From positions 620,001 through 663,409 of the forward strand of contig CAUYUJ010000259.1 in the NCBI GenBank assembly GCA_963575745.1: a DNA stretch of 43,409 bases, given 5' to 3'. The translations under genes were made by a program, and so were the position numbers. Below, in pieces: positions 24,660 to 36,975 of this stretch (its first letter is position 1; every line of letters starts with the position of its first letter). The DNA is from Prorocentrum cordatum. Taxonomy: Eukaryota. The notes under the pieces are model-generated. The model saw only the letters and a list, made by a program, of their open reading frames with translations, was not told the DNA's origin and made no database searches.

Positions 24660-25540
24660 TGAGCGAGAATAAGGGGGAGTGGGATGAGAGGAGGACGCGC
24701 GGGAGAAGGAGGACAAGGAGAAGGAGAGGGGGGAGGATTCTGAGGAGGAGGTGGGGGGTGAAGAGGAGGAGGAGGAGGGGAAGGCCCATCCTCCCCCTCA
24801 TCCTCATCCTCCCCCTCCTACCTTTATCCTCCTCATCCTCCTCCTCCTCCGCCGCCGCCTCCTCATCCTCCTCCTCCTTCTCCTCCGCCTCATCACCCTC
24901 CTCATCTTCCCCCGCCTCCTCCTCCTCCTCTGCCTCCTCTTCCTCATCCTCATTCTCCTCCTCATCATCCTCATTCTCCTCATTCTTACTCCGTCTCATT
25001 CTCACCCTCTTCATTCTCATCATGTCTCCTCCTCGTTCCCGCCGTCGCCGTCGTCGCCGTCGAAGCCGTCGCCTGCGTCGTCATCTGCGCGCGCGGTGCA
25101 GGAGAGGGCGGCGGCCGCCGTGACGACCACGATTGAACGACAACGAGGATGAGGAGGAGTAGGAGGAGGAGGAGCATGAGGAGGAGCAGGACAAGGAGCA
25201 CGCGGAGGAAGAGGGGGACGATGGGGAGGAGGAGGAGGAGGAGGGGGAAGAAGATGAGGAGGAGTAATTGCCATGGCGGCTGCGATAGCGACGGCGACGG
25301 CGAAGAGTTGGTGGCGACGAGCTGGCTGCGACGAGTTCGACGGCGGCGGGGGCGACGGCGGGGGCGTCTCCTCCTGCTCCTCCTCCTGCTCGCCCTCCCC
25401 ATTCTCCTCATCCTCGTCCTCCTTCTCATCCCCCCTATCCCTCCTCACCATTCTCATCCCCATCATCCTCCTTCTCCGTCTCCTTCACCTCCGCCGCCTA
25501 ACCCTCCTCATCCTATTCTTATTTCTCCTCGTCCTCATTC
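24660..25540. repeat. (GAG)/(CTC) purine-pyrimidine low-complexity tracts
   Basis: Alternating GAG-rich and CTC-rich blocks. Confidence 0.85.
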
Positions 25541-25676
25541 GTATTCGTATCCTCGGTCTCTCCGCAGGGTGCTTTATCGCGCGAAAAGCTGCAACGAGAA
25601 CCTGAAGGCTCGCATACATGCGCTTGCACGCACAACCCCAACGAGCCCCCATCTAAGTACGCCCCGACACCCACAC

Positions 25677-26440
25677 TCAGGCGGCGCATTCACCGATACC
25701 CAAGGCTTTGCGCCCCCGCGCACGATCGGCAGCACCTGCCTCCACAAGGCGATTATTCGCCCGATCAACCGCACCCTTACACATCTTGGCGTCGTCCAAG
25801 AGCATCGTGAACGAATCCGTGGCCTGCTCCGCCTTCTTCACGAGCTTCTCCATCTTCTTGTATGCAGCGTCTGCCTTTCGAGTGGGCATGGACGGGGGTT
25901 CAGACGTGGCGTTGGCACGCCGTTGCTAAGTGCGACCGTTCGCCCAACCGCTTGAGACCATGCGACCACAGTCGCAACGCCAAGCCATTACACAACCAAT
26001 TTCACACCCTGACATCATGATAGTACATACCTGCGTGTCAACGCAACCGAACGCGCATGCATACGACTGCATTGGGCGTTGCCTCAACGCCCCCCCCTCC
26101 CCCCCCCCCCCCATAGTGTCACAAGTGCGCCCTTCGACGCGAACTACTCGCAGCCGATTGCAATGCGTTTCAACACAACCGAACATGCATACAACTGCAT
26201 CGGGTGATGCCCAAACGTTTATGCTCTAATCAGCAACTATATTTCGACGTGAATGGATTGCAACCACTTGCAACATGTCATGCATGAGATACTGGCTGCC
26301 TTGCGGTCCGCCGTTTTGGACATCTTCTGGCAATGCTGCTTGTGCCTGATCAGGGTATCCAACCGTTCATTGAAGTGCTCCGTGTCCTCCTTGCGGTGCT
26401 TGGCACGCAGCGCCTTCAAGTCGGCTGACATGGCAGGCAT
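25677..26440 (-). CDS. Small two-exon coiled-coil-like protein
   Basis: Exons 26440-26300 and 25874-25677 join in frame across a GC-AG intron with AAG|GCAG at both junctions: MPAMSADLKALRAK..KTADRK|ADAAYKKMEK..GECAA*. Confidence 0.6.
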
Positions 26441-26603
26441 AGTCGCGTACACACGCGCGCGCGCCGCAGCTTACAAGCTGCGTTCTCTCAGCCCTCAACC
26501 AACTCGGCTGCGTGAAAACGCATGTAGTCTGCGACGCGGTCGCATGGCATGAGTGCCAACCATGTGACCACACATCACTGCCCTACTCATACCCCCCCCC
26601 CCC

Positions 26604-26606
<3 letters not shown>

Positions 26607-26641
<35 letters not shown>
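26607..26641. repeat. (CA)n microsatellite preceded by poly-C
   Basis: Directly visible. Confidence 0.95.
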
Positions 26642-26644
<3 letters not shown>

Positions 26645-26880
26645 CATCGACGCCGTGATCGGGCACTCCCGTTGCATGTCCACCCCCAGCCGCCTCCTCA
26701 TCTCGACCCCTCTCCTGTTCACACCTCTCGCGCCCCCCCCCCCCCAGCTTACTACATGTCGCCAACGATGGCGGGGCTGAACGTTTGGCAAACCGTCAGC
26801 AGCATTTGTGGTTCATTCGCCCACCTTTGCGAACCAGTTCACGCGTGGCTTACGCGTCCCCATTTGTGGTTCACGTGTCC

Positions 26881-27318
26881 ATGGGAAAATCAGCGAAGAC
26901 GATCGCGATGGAAGCGCAGGTGCGCTTTGAGCTGCAGGATGAAAAGCAGGAACGCCAGCGGTCAGTGAAGACTGCCAAGGCGGCATTGAAGCATGCCAAA
27001 GCAGCGAAGACGCAGGCTGAGAAGAAGGCAGGCGGTTGTTAACTAACAACAACACAAGGGCCCCTCGAGGCCAGGGGGGAGGGGATGGGCTCTCGAGCCC
27101 ACCCCCTTAGTCAATGGCCCCATCGGTGTCGCCAGTCCCACCCGCCTCCGTGCGATCGCCCCCCTCCCTCCCCCCCCCGATAGGCAGAGAAGAGGTTCAA
27201 TGCGTTTTTGAAGAGCAAGGACGCGTGGATGAACGCGCTGCTCGACAAGGATGATGCGAGCGCGGCCCACGTTCGGGCCGAGACTGAGCTGGCGCGCGCC
27301 GAGCGCGATGCCCGCTAG
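26881..27318 (+). CDS. Small two-exon coiled-coil-like protein (~93 aa)
   Basis: Exons 26881-27027 and 27184-27318 with a phase-0 GC-AG intron (AAG|GCAG...TAG|GCAG): MGKSAKT..KTQAEKK|AEKRFNAF..AERDAR*. Confidence 0.65.
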
Positions 27319-28358
27319 GGGCGTGGGGGCGACGGACGACGGGTGGAGGGGTCAGAGAAAAAACCTGCATGCATCAATGCAAGATGAGTCTGGGATGATA
27401 ATGTCGGCATGATAGCGCAGGTGCCTCGTCCTCCTCCTCATCTTCCCCCTCCTCCTCCTCCTCCCTCCTCCTCCGCCTCCTCCTCCCCCCTCCCTCCCCA
27501 TCCTCATCCTCATCCCCCTCATCCTCGTCCTCCCCATCACATCATTCCCTCTTCGTCCCTCCTCGTCGTTGTCCTCCTGTTGCTGCTGGTGCTGATGCTC
27601 TTGCTCATCCTACTACGCTACTAAGCCGTGCCCCCCCCCCCATCGCTCCCTCACAACTGCTTCGCACTCTGAATGGCATTGGTGCTATGCGTTTCCGCCT
27701 TTTCGCGTCATAGGATCATCCGACGCCTCACGATATCTGTAGGATGACGCAGCACCAAAACCCCAAGAGGAACCACATATAGAGCCCCAAGGCCGCAACG
27801 AGGAGGAGGAGAAGGATGAGGAGGGGAAGATGAGGAGGATGAGGCGGAAGAGGAGGAGGATAAGGAGGATCGCGACTTTGGGATGCTCCCGACTGGTGAG
27901 GTTAAATCCAGAACGCCAGTTCTGTGAGTGATGTCTTGGACCGCCCCCTCGGCATCAGCGCGCGCGCACTTAACGAAAATGATGATGAGACATATGATGA
28001 TAACAACTGCAGGTGGTCTGCGCTCTTCGTTCGAGTCGGATGGGCTGGCGGGGATACGCGACGCGGCAACACTTACATCGCCATATACGCGTCGGTTCTA
28101 TGTATGCCAAGATGCATGCAACCCGTTGCAGGTGGTAGACTCGCACTGCCATCCGAAACCAATCTTCGATGCGTGGGGCATTGCAAGTTGGCATCAGTTG
28201 GTGTCGGGTTCTCGTTTCGAATATAGATCACACAGGCCCGCGTCGCATAGCCATTTGGGCTCGATCGCGATCGATCGCGATCTATCGCGAGGCGCGATCT
28301 TTCGCGAGGCGCGACCTATCGCGAGGCGCGAGGCGCGAAGGTTCGGAACTGTCGTCAT

Positions 28359-29765
28359 ATGACGACGGTTCCGAACCTCCGCGCGGAACTGCAGCACATG
28401 TCAGAGTGGGTATCGACACAAATCGCATGCGGCCTGTGCCCATCAGCCGTGGCCCAGCACCAGTACGACAGCCTCCTCATGAAGATCAACAACCTGTCAC
28501 ATATCAGTACTGACGAGGCGACAGCCTTGGTGAAAACAATCAGGGAGCACTCGCTGAACACTTGGACTCAAGAGAACATCGCACGCTTGTGCCAGAGCGT
28601 CGGGACCAAGACAGGCATGTTGTCAATGCCAGGCGGATCCAAGCAATGGCAAGAGATTAGCATTGCATCGAGGGTCTTCACGGCGAGCGAGATCAAATCG
28701 CTGAAGAGCGGCGACCTGAGTGAGAAGGTGTGCATACGCCTGGTCGCCGCTCGGTGCAAGCTGATCGGCGCCCACACGCTCTCCGAGAGCTCCAAGGGCA
28801 AGATGGCCGCGCTCGTGGCGTGGGGCAGCGGCAAGGGGCATGGGGGCGATTGGCTCAGGCTCCTCGGAGAGGTGAAGGGTGCCATCTCCAAGGCCATCAC
28901 GTGCAAGGGTTGGTCCACGCTTGGGTACGCCACGGCGTGGAACTTCGACCGCATCGAGGACATGTCGGCGGAGCCGTGGTGGAAATCAGTTTACAAGGAC
29001 GATGGGCCCGCCTTGGAGGAGATCCAGACGGACGCGCCAGACTACGTGAGGAAGTCGAGCAGGCGCTACGCGGCGAAGACCTCGCCTGCAGCTGCAGCAC
29101 CCCCAATGACAGCCCCAGACCCTGCGGCTGGCGGGCAGTGGTAAGTCATGCAGGCCCTGTTCGGTGCACCGCTGTGCGCGGCGCTCTTCGCCAACTCGGC
29201 GGCCGCGGCTCTCAGGCCGCCCGAGCCGCCTGCGCAGCCGCGCGTGGAGCTGGAGCCCCCGAAGCCAAAGCTCCCGCCGCGCGAGGAGCCGCAGCAGGAG
29301 CCGAAGCTTCCGCCGCGCGAGGAGCCGCGCGATGAGCCGCGCGATGATGAGCCCGAGCCAGACCTGACCGACGAGGAGGAGAAGCTCAGGGCGCTCCTCG
29401 CCAAGAAGGCCAAGACCGCCAAGGCGAGGAAGCGCCCCTCCGCGGCTGGCGAAGGCGTCGGTGACGCCGAGGGCGGGGCAGGCGTCGAAGACGCCGAAGG
29501 GGCCGTGCCAATGAAGAAGGCGCGGCCCCCTGCCATGCGGCGACCCGCAGCTGCCGTGCCAAAGCCCGCCGTGCTGCCCAAGCCGCCGACGTGCGAGTGC
29601 AACGCGCCGTACAGGTGCGGCTACGTGATCTACAAGCCTTCACAGAAGGTGTTCAGGGCCGTTGTGGGGAGGGCAGATCGCCGCGCCCGCTTCGACCGCA
29701 ATGCGACGATGAATCGCATTGAGGCTTGGAGCGCGGCGCTGGCGTGGATCGACGCCAAGTGTTAG
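28359..29765 (+). CDS. Cargo protein with a helical N-terminal domain, P/E/K/A-rich linker and small basic C-terminal domain; one in-frame stop
   Basis: ORFs 28359-29144 and 29148-29765 are in the same frame and separated only by TAA at 29142-29144 (possibly a CAA>TAA change). GC3-rich codon usage throughout. Confidence 0.65.
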
Positions 29766-30206
29766 GTGCTCGACGCGGGGAGGGGGAGGACCAGGGGGTT
29801 GTTGAGGACGATCAGGGCTGGGAGCTCGCATCGCAGCTGCAGCGCGGCGGCGGGCGGCGCCACATCGACGAACTCTCTCTTGCTTGTATGACGTTGCACC
29901 ATGATGTCTAAAACACAAGTATGTTGCGATCTTTTCATCGCAAGTCGCATGCATCAATATGCAACGCTCCTTTCTGTTGCGAGCTACCGTCGCACTTCGT
30001 ATGCATCAATATGCACCTGCATGTCCTTCTGATGCGACGTCGTATCATGCCATATGCATCGACATGAAACGTGCACTTCTGTTGTGATCTATCGCCTCGC
30101 TGCGTTCAGATGCATCATGCAGCGTGCCCCTGCCATAACGCGGCGCATGCATCCTATGATGCGCATTGGCATCGTTATCGAGTCTGTAGCCATTTGGGCT
30201 GAAACC

Positions 30207-32289
30207 ATGGCCGCGTCCGCCGCCAGGAAACGCAAGGCGGATGAGGCGCTGGTGGAGCTCCACAAGGGCTCATACCTGTCACAGCGTGCTCTGTCGGGTG
30301 TCCTAAAATATATGCGAGACCATGGGTTGCCCGACAATATTTCACGGAGCTCACAATACAGGGCAAACGGAAACATCATTGCCAAAGAGTCGAACGCAGA
30401 TGGGAACGTCTTGCGTTGCATAGACACGCCTTTAGTCAGTGGTAGAACTTTCGAGAACTGGGTGTGCTGTCCTGGGCCACTTTTGTATTCCTGCTGCAAG
30501 GCTAGCGCTCCAGTCAGGGAGATGTTTCGCCGCTCACTTCAGGAGCACCCATGCAGCCTGGCGTCGCCGCGGCACATCATTTTATATTTCGATGGTATTT
30601 CACCGCGAGACCCCCTGGCGAAGGGGAGAGATTATCGGGGGGGTGATGCTGTTTACTGGTCGTTCGCTGAGTTCGACGAGTCCTTGGGTAACGAAGATGC
30701 GTGGTTCACGCTTAGCACTGCGCGGTGCGCAAAAATAAAAAGCATCCCAGGTGGCATCGAGCAGTGCATCAAGATGATCCTCAACGAAGTTTTTTTAAAA
30801 TTCTGCTGGTGGTTTCAATTTTGAGACGAGCGGTGTTACATTAGACGCGTCAGAGAACGGCGACGCAACGTCGCACGCGACGATCGTCGCGAAGCTGTCG
30901 TGCGTCATAGGGGACGAAGAGGCATTGCGGGAACTACACATGAACAAAGGGCACGCCGGTTCCAAACCCTGCGCGTTATGTCGCAACGTCTTGAATAGAA
31001 AGTTTGATTATTTGACATATGATGTATCTGGTTTCTTTGTGACAGACGCGTGCTTGGACGCGTCAAAGATACGCAGAAACGATGACGCGACAATCATCGC
31101 GGTCCTGGAACGACTTCGGCCCGATTGGGATAAATATCAGCGGGGGGAGTTTTCAGAGGGGCAGTACACGACCATCACACAGCACAAAGGATGGAACTTC
31201 CACCCCGAACACATAGCGCTGGACCCAGGTTTGCGATATCTCCCTGCGTCATTCATTTGCTTTGACTGGATGCATATTTATTTTGTGTCTGGTATATTCG
31301 ACAGAGAAGTAAAAGCACTTTTAGGGCATGCGCAGTTCAAGTGTTTGTGTGATGCAAGGGAGTTGCATGAGTATTTCATGAAGTGGACGTGGCCGAGTAA
31401 ACACCACTCAGCCGCAACTGTATGGGAGACTGGTGAGCTCCAAGCAGGTGCCTCAGAAGAGATCTCTGCGTTGCCTGTTTTGTGCAGGTATATTCGGCAA
31501 GTAATTGCCAAGCATCCTTCATCGGATCAAGTGCCCCCCCAGATCGCAAGTATGCTGGCATTGCAAGATGCCGTTGACATAATCATCGCGGCGGCGCGGC
31601 GGCTTCCAGTCACGACCGCGCAGATAGAGTCAGCGATAGTGAAACATCTTCGGTGCCATCAGGACGCATATGGTGAAAGCTATTGGGTGTATAAGCACCA
31701 TATGGCAACACCATTTGCCAGAAATGTTTGAAAAAAACATGGGTCGCTCAGTTGCTTTGTCCAGGAACGCAAGCACAAAAACGTAAAACGTTTCGCCAAT
31801 GACCACATGTGCAAGAAGGGGCCAGAGAAGGCTCTCATGGTCCAACTCACTGCGCAGCACGCGCACGATTTAAAGACCATGCGTGTTTCACCTGGCTTAG
31901 TCGACCCAACGAAAGCAACACAGAAGCTGCTGAATGCGTTGAAACGCATGTGCCCTGGGACGCAGACAGCCGTCTCCAGCATCGAAGCCATGACAGATTT
32001 CGGCCGCATCAAGCGCGGTGATATCGTACTTCTGGGGTCGGGCGGGATGCATGCAGCAATGCAAGTGTGGTTTCACGTGAAATGCGACGATGGCGAGTCG
32101 CAGGTGCTTGTCCAGCAGCTTGCAACTAAGCATGTGAACGCCGCTGAAGGTTTTTCCAGACACATCTTTTTAGATGATACAGACCCTGTTCTGATGCCTC
32201 TGACCTCGCTGAAAGCTGTGATTTACAGGAAAATAGAGAACGACGTCACGTGCATTTGGCCAGTAGAATACACATCGCGATGTTGCTAA
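30207..32289 (+). pseudogene. CACTA/CMC (EnSpm-Mirage/Plavaka-like) DDE transposase, frameshifted
   Basis: Ordered motifs ILYFDG, IGDEEA, KPCALC, FDWMH, KHHM..HL and SCFVQERKHK match the D..D..CxxC..DxxH..H..E layout of CMC-type transposases. Indels occur at homopolymers near ~30795 and ~31710-31737. Confidence 0.75.
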
Positions 32290-32530
32290 CATGATGCGCT
32301 GCGGACCGTCGCGTTTGCCCCAGGACGATAAAACAATCTGAAGGCCCCTGAGCAGATCCAAATCGACGAAGCGCCCAATCATGATGCCCCAATTTCCAAC
32401 TACATGAGATGCAAAAACATAACATAAACATTAAACAACAGCTTCAAACTGGCCAAACCTAACTAGTTATAACTCCGTTAATAAAAATTAGAAGTTCCGC
32501 TAACTGTTACTAACTACGCAGGGCCTTCAG

Positions 32531-32758
32531 GCCGGGTCCCGAGTCCCGCGCCGGTCCCGGGTTCCGGGTCCCGGGTCCCGCGCCGGTCCCGGGTTTCGGG
32601 TTTCGCGCCGGTCCCGTCTTCCCGGTGTCGCGTTGGTCCCGGGTCGCGGATCTCGCGTTGGTTCCGCGGGTCCTGGGTCCCGGGTCCCGCGCCGGTCCCG
32701 GGTCCCGGGTCCCGCGCCGGTCCCGGGTCCCGGGTCCCGCGCCGGTCCCGGGTCTCGG
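32531..32758. repeat. 25-bp GC-rich satellite, block 2 (between elements A and B)
   Basis: Same unit and orientation as block 1. Confidence 0.9.
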
Positions 32759-32802
32759 CCTTGAGACTCCAAGGTCGATCTATAGTGCGGGGTCGAACTA
32801 TA
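32759..32802 (+). repeat. Left TIR of element B
   Basis: CCTTGAGACTCCAAGGTCGATCTATAGTGCGGGGTCGAACTATA is the exact reverse complement of 42052-42095. Confidence 0.97.
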
Positions 32803-33034
32803 GATCGACCTGGCACTTTCCTTGGGTCGCACTATAGTCCAACCCATGATTTTTGGCCAGGTCGTACTTTTCTTCGCTCGCGCATTGTTAAGGATCCCCT
32901 GAGTGAGGGGGCATGCGTCCCCTGAGCGAGGGGTATCGGCTGCATCACATTGCGCGCATGTTACAACATCCCGCAGCTGCGAAGGCTCGAGGGCACATAG
33001 CGCTACTCTTGCTTGCGCGCACTGGGGGTGGGCA

Positions 33035-34440
33035 ATGGTCAAGGGCAAGACGGAGGTGAAGATACGGGCTTCTTCTGTGACAGAGGAACAGTTGAAGCCG
33101 CTCGTGAAACAGCACATTGATCTCATCGAAAAATGCCAACTGCAAGGGGGCATAGATGACTTCATGAAGAACAACATGCCGTTTCTCTTGCCGCTTGCGC
33201 AGCTCACCACACGCGTCAAATGGAAGAACCTCCAGGACGTCGTGTTGAAGCAGAAGCCGAACATGCACCAGGAAGAGTGTAGGCGTTTCTGCCAGGAGGT
33301 GGCCAACGCTTTCAGCCATGTTTGCAACAAGTTCTACATCGCCAAGACGGGGGGGAAGCTGGAGGCGCACACAAAAATGCTTGGGGTGGCAATGGGGCTG
33401 CAGCCTGGCAGGGCAAGCCCAAGCACAGGAGAGAGCAAAAAACGCGCCGACAGCAGCTCCGACATAGAGATGAACCCTCCAAAATCTTCCACGGCCGCCG
33501 CGTCGTCCAGCGCAGATGGGGGCAGCAGGCGCAATGTCATCAAGAACGCCTTCGGCATCAGCCCGCCTCCGAAACCGGCAGGGAAGAAACAGAAGGTTGC
33601 CACGTGGAGCCCGATGGTGGTGTTCTCGTCGCAGGAGGACGTCGAGCTCGCTGACCCGCCCGCCGCGGCCCCGAAGGAGGATCGGAGGGGGCGGGCAGGG
33701 TGGGGGGGGGAGGGGAGCAGTTTTGATTTTTCACGGCGTAACCGAACCCCTTCGGGAGGGGAGCTCGGGAGGGGCAAGTGAGAGACCCGCCCCAGGATCC
33801 CCTGGCCACGTATTTCGATTTCAACTCCGAGCCGATGTGCATGGTGATGAAGTTCGCAGACAGGGAGGAGCGGGGAACACTGACGAAAGGAGGCGATGGT
33901 TTCTTGGATGCCGTGTTTCCCGACGGCAGGACGGAGAAGACGGAGCAGCCCAACGCCCTCCTGGCAGCAAGAGCGGCAGCCGCGCAGGCGAAGGCGAAAG
34001 CGTGCAAAAAAGGGAAGCCAGCAGGACATGTAGTGGCAAAGAAGCCTGCAATGAGAAAGCCCAGTGCAGCCGCCGCGAACACGGAGACGGACCAGGACGA
34101 TGAGGGGGAGGAGGAAGAGCAGCTGGAACCCGATGAGCCCGTGGATGCTGCAGATGAGCCCTCGGTCGGCGCTGGGCCCCCCGCTGGCCACGCCGACCGC
34201 GGGTACAGCGTGATGTACTACAAGAGGGACCACTCTATCGGGTTGAAGCGGACGCACGGTGAGAAGAACCAGTTTGTGAGTTTCGGCGGGAAAAAGTACA
34301 AGGACACCTTGGACGAGGCCACGCTCAGGGAGATCGGCGCAGAGCTGAAGAAGGCCTTGGTCGACGGCACCGTGGCTGACACCAAGGAAGCTGCTAAGGC
34401 GGAGGCTGAGCGCTTAGTGGCACAGCGCTTGGGCGACTAA
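33035..34440 (+). CDS. Two-exon cargo protein with a K/P/A-rich linker and a small basic C-terminal domain
   Basis: Exons 33035-33679 and 33796-34440. A GA-AG intron with AG|GATC at both junctions joins ORFs 32903 and 33778 in frame. Confidence 0.7.
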
Positions 34441-35408
34441 TCGCATCCATCCTCATCATCGCATCCATCATCATCATCATCCTTACCGTCTTCATCGCCA
34501 TTGCCATCGCCATACCCGTTGGCAGAGCGCCCTCTCCAGTGCTAGACGACACCCCCTCATCGCAGGGGCGCCCCTCCGTGAGGGGACCGCGCGATGGATT
34601 GGCGAGTGATGGAACCCCTTAAGAGGGGAACCCCTTAAGAGGGGCTTCAGCACACTCGCGATAAGACAGGGCAACGGCCCCCTCCGAGAGGGGACCCCTC
34701 GGGGAGGGGATCAAAGGTGCGGCAGTCTGCTTACTCATTATGTGTATGGCATTGCGTTTCCTCCTCGTTCCATCCCTCTCCCATTTGCTTTCATGTTCTT
34801 CATCCGCAACCGTTCGACAGAGCTGACGCCCAGCGCGCTTGGGGGCCAGCCCCCCGCCCCGAGCTCGCGGCCATGCGGGCGCTCATCGCGCGCCTCTCGG
34901 CGCTCCAGGCCGCGCGGAAGCAGAATGCAAGGGGGGAGTTGGGGCAGGATGAGGAGAAAAGTAAGAGTGACGGCCACTTGTTTGGCCATCTGGGCGATAA
35001 AAAATCAATCCAGCAGCCGAGTTTTAGACCCACCTTTTTTAGCAAAAAAAGGGGGGTCTAAAATTGGACGAATTCCTATGAAATTCCATTACATTCACCC
35101 CCCCGAAGGGCCTCCCACGAGGCCCCCAGATTTTAGCCTTTTGAGTCTGACTAAAAACTTTCGGCCGCAACCGTTCTGGACCCCAGGCTTCCGGCATGAT
35201 GATGTCGGGCGGCTGCGGCGGCGGGCTGCCTCCAGAAGGCGGTGGCGGCGGCAAGCGGCCTCACGAGGAGCTGGGGGTACACGTGGTTAAGGCGCCCCTT
35301 CCTGAGGGGATCCGTTTACAGAGACCCCTGCCAGAGGGGATTTATCGATAGAACCTCCCCTTCCTGAGGGGATTCATTCACAGAGACCCGTGACCCTTCC
35401 TGAAGGGA

Positions 35409-35774
35409 TTGATTTACAGAGACACCCTGCAGGACGGGCACGCGCCTGTCTTTGAGGTCGACGACGACGACAGCGAGGCGGAGGAGGAATTCATGCTGGA
35501 CTTCCAGGACCACAGGAAGCGGTACACCCGCTCGTCCCACCGCTTGTGGCTTCGCAAGATGAACTGCAAGAAGTGTTGGCAGTGCGGCAAACACACCTTC
35601 TTCTCGGTGTGCGTTGGCAAGACGTGCCAGGAACACCACGCGACCCAGTGGTTCCACGAGCACGGCGACCGCGACCGCAACGGGAGGAGGTGGAGGGGCG
35701 GCAAGAGCGAGGTCGCCAGAGCCAGGCAACGCAAGGGTGCAAGTGGTGGGGAGGGGGGAACCCTCAAACATTGA
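35409..35774 (+). CDS. Possible small Cys/His-rich (zinc-binding-like) protein
   Basis: CKKCWQC..C...CQEHH cluster and GC3-rich codons. The start is uncertain. Confidence 0.4.
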   Translation: MIYRDTLQDGHAPVFEVDDDDSEAEEEFMLDFQDHRKRYTRSSHRLWLRKMNCKKCWQCGKHTFFSVCVGKTCQEHHATQWFHEHGDRDRNGRRWRGGKSEVARARQRKGASGGEGGTLKH

Positions 35775-36219
35775 GGAATGAAGTTATGTCGGTTTGATGT
35801 TTTGATGTTCTCAATGTTTATCCTGGTCAGTTTTCTGCGCCTGCCAGGCACTGGCAGCGGAGGTGCGATACCAGGGAGGCGGTCTTGGTCGGCCTGCTGC
35901 AGGACCGCACCCCCCCCCTCTGCCCCGCGCTGCCAAGAAGGGAGGGCCCCTGTTTGAGGGGATAAACGAGGGGGGACCGAATAAACGCAAGAAGAGGCCC
36001 CTCTCATGGGGGTGAGCTTACTTCGTCGTTCCCCGACAGGAGCAGCAGAACGAAACAGCAGCGCAGCCGCCGCCCCCGCAGGGGGGGCCAACGCCACCGA
36101 TCGGCCCGCCACCCGCAGCACTGTTAGCAGCAGCAGCGGCTGGACACCCCGCAGCAGCAGCAGCAGCAGCAGCACCGCCCGCAGCAGCAGCAGCAGCAGC
36201 GGCAGCACCTGCCGAAGCA

Positions 36220-36975
36220 ATGCAGGTTGACGGATCCGACGACGGAGCCCGAGAGGGGGAGGAAGAAGAGGAGGATGAGGGCGAGGAGGAAGAGGGCATG
36301 GAGGAGGAAGCGGAGTCAGAGGAGCCTGATGAGCTGATGAGGCTAGAGGAAGAGCACGCAAGGCAGCATCGGAGGCTCTTGCGGGCATTGAATCGCACGG
36401 AGGCGGCGCAGAGGGGCGTCGAAAGGCACAAGGAGCGCCTTCGGCAGGAGCAGGAGCGCAGGGCAGAGCAGGAGATCATCCGCCTGAGGCGGGCGCAACA
36501 ACAGCAGAGGGACGCCGCGCTGAGGCGGGAGGCAGAGGCCCGCCTGGAGCTGCAGAGGGCAGCAGAGGCCGCCGAAGCGCAGGCGAGGACGAGGCTGCTG
36601 GCTGCCGAAGCGGCCGCACGGAGGGCGGAAGAGGCGGCCAAGGCTGCCAAGGATGCGGAGGACGCAGCGCGGGCCAAGGAGGAAGCGGAGCAGAAACAGA
36701 AACGAGAGGCAGAGGAGCGGCAGGCGGCAGAGACGGCAGCGCCAGAAGCGGCAACACCAGAGCAGCCAGAGACGGGCGCAGCAACGGCGGACGCAGCCAG
36801 GGCGGACGCGGAGAACGCAGACAACAAAAAGAAGGACCCCAAAGCAAAAAAAAGGCCCCGCGCGGACCAGGCGGGGGGCAGACCCTCGAAAGGAGGGAGG
36901 GGCGACAAAGACAAGGACAAGGACACTGAGAAGGACAAGGGCAAGCGCCCGAAGGCGACCTCTAAGAGGGGCTAG
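36220..36975 (+). CDS. A/E/R-rich coiled-coil protein with an acidic N-terminus and basic C-terminus
   Basis: 251-aa ORF preceded by a CAG-rich leader, with heptad-like composition. Confidence 0.65.
   Translation: MQVDGSDDGAREGEEEEEDEGEEEEGMEEEAESEEPDELMRLEEEHARQHRRLLRALNRTEAAQRGVERHKERLRQEQERRAEQEIIRLRRAQQQQRDAALRREAEARLELQRAAEAAEAQARTRLLAAEAAARRAEEAAKAAKDAEDAARAKEEAEQKQKREAEERQAAETAAPEAATPEQPETGAATADAARADAENADNKKKDPKAKKRPRADQAGGRPSKGGRGDKDKDKDTEKDKGKRPKATSKRG

Larger units (their letters stand above)
15866..32530 (+). mobile_element. Element A: 16.7-kb cargo-carrying CACTA/CMC-like DNA transposon
   Basis: Termini CTGAAGGCCCT and AGGGCCTTCAG, flanked by GC on both sides (a 2-bp TSD; the alternative reading is 12-13-bp TIRs with no TSD). 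AT-rich subterminal words (AGTTATAAC, ACTAGTT, GTTAGC) occur at both ends. A transposase gene lies at the right end, and the same satellite flanks both sides in the same orientation. Confidence 0.8.

Noticed and set aside
29141..29153. Micro-intron GTAAGTCATGCAG removing the stop codon
   Set aside because: Removing 13 nt would shift the frame, whereas the two ORFs are already in frame. A point nonsense change is simpler.
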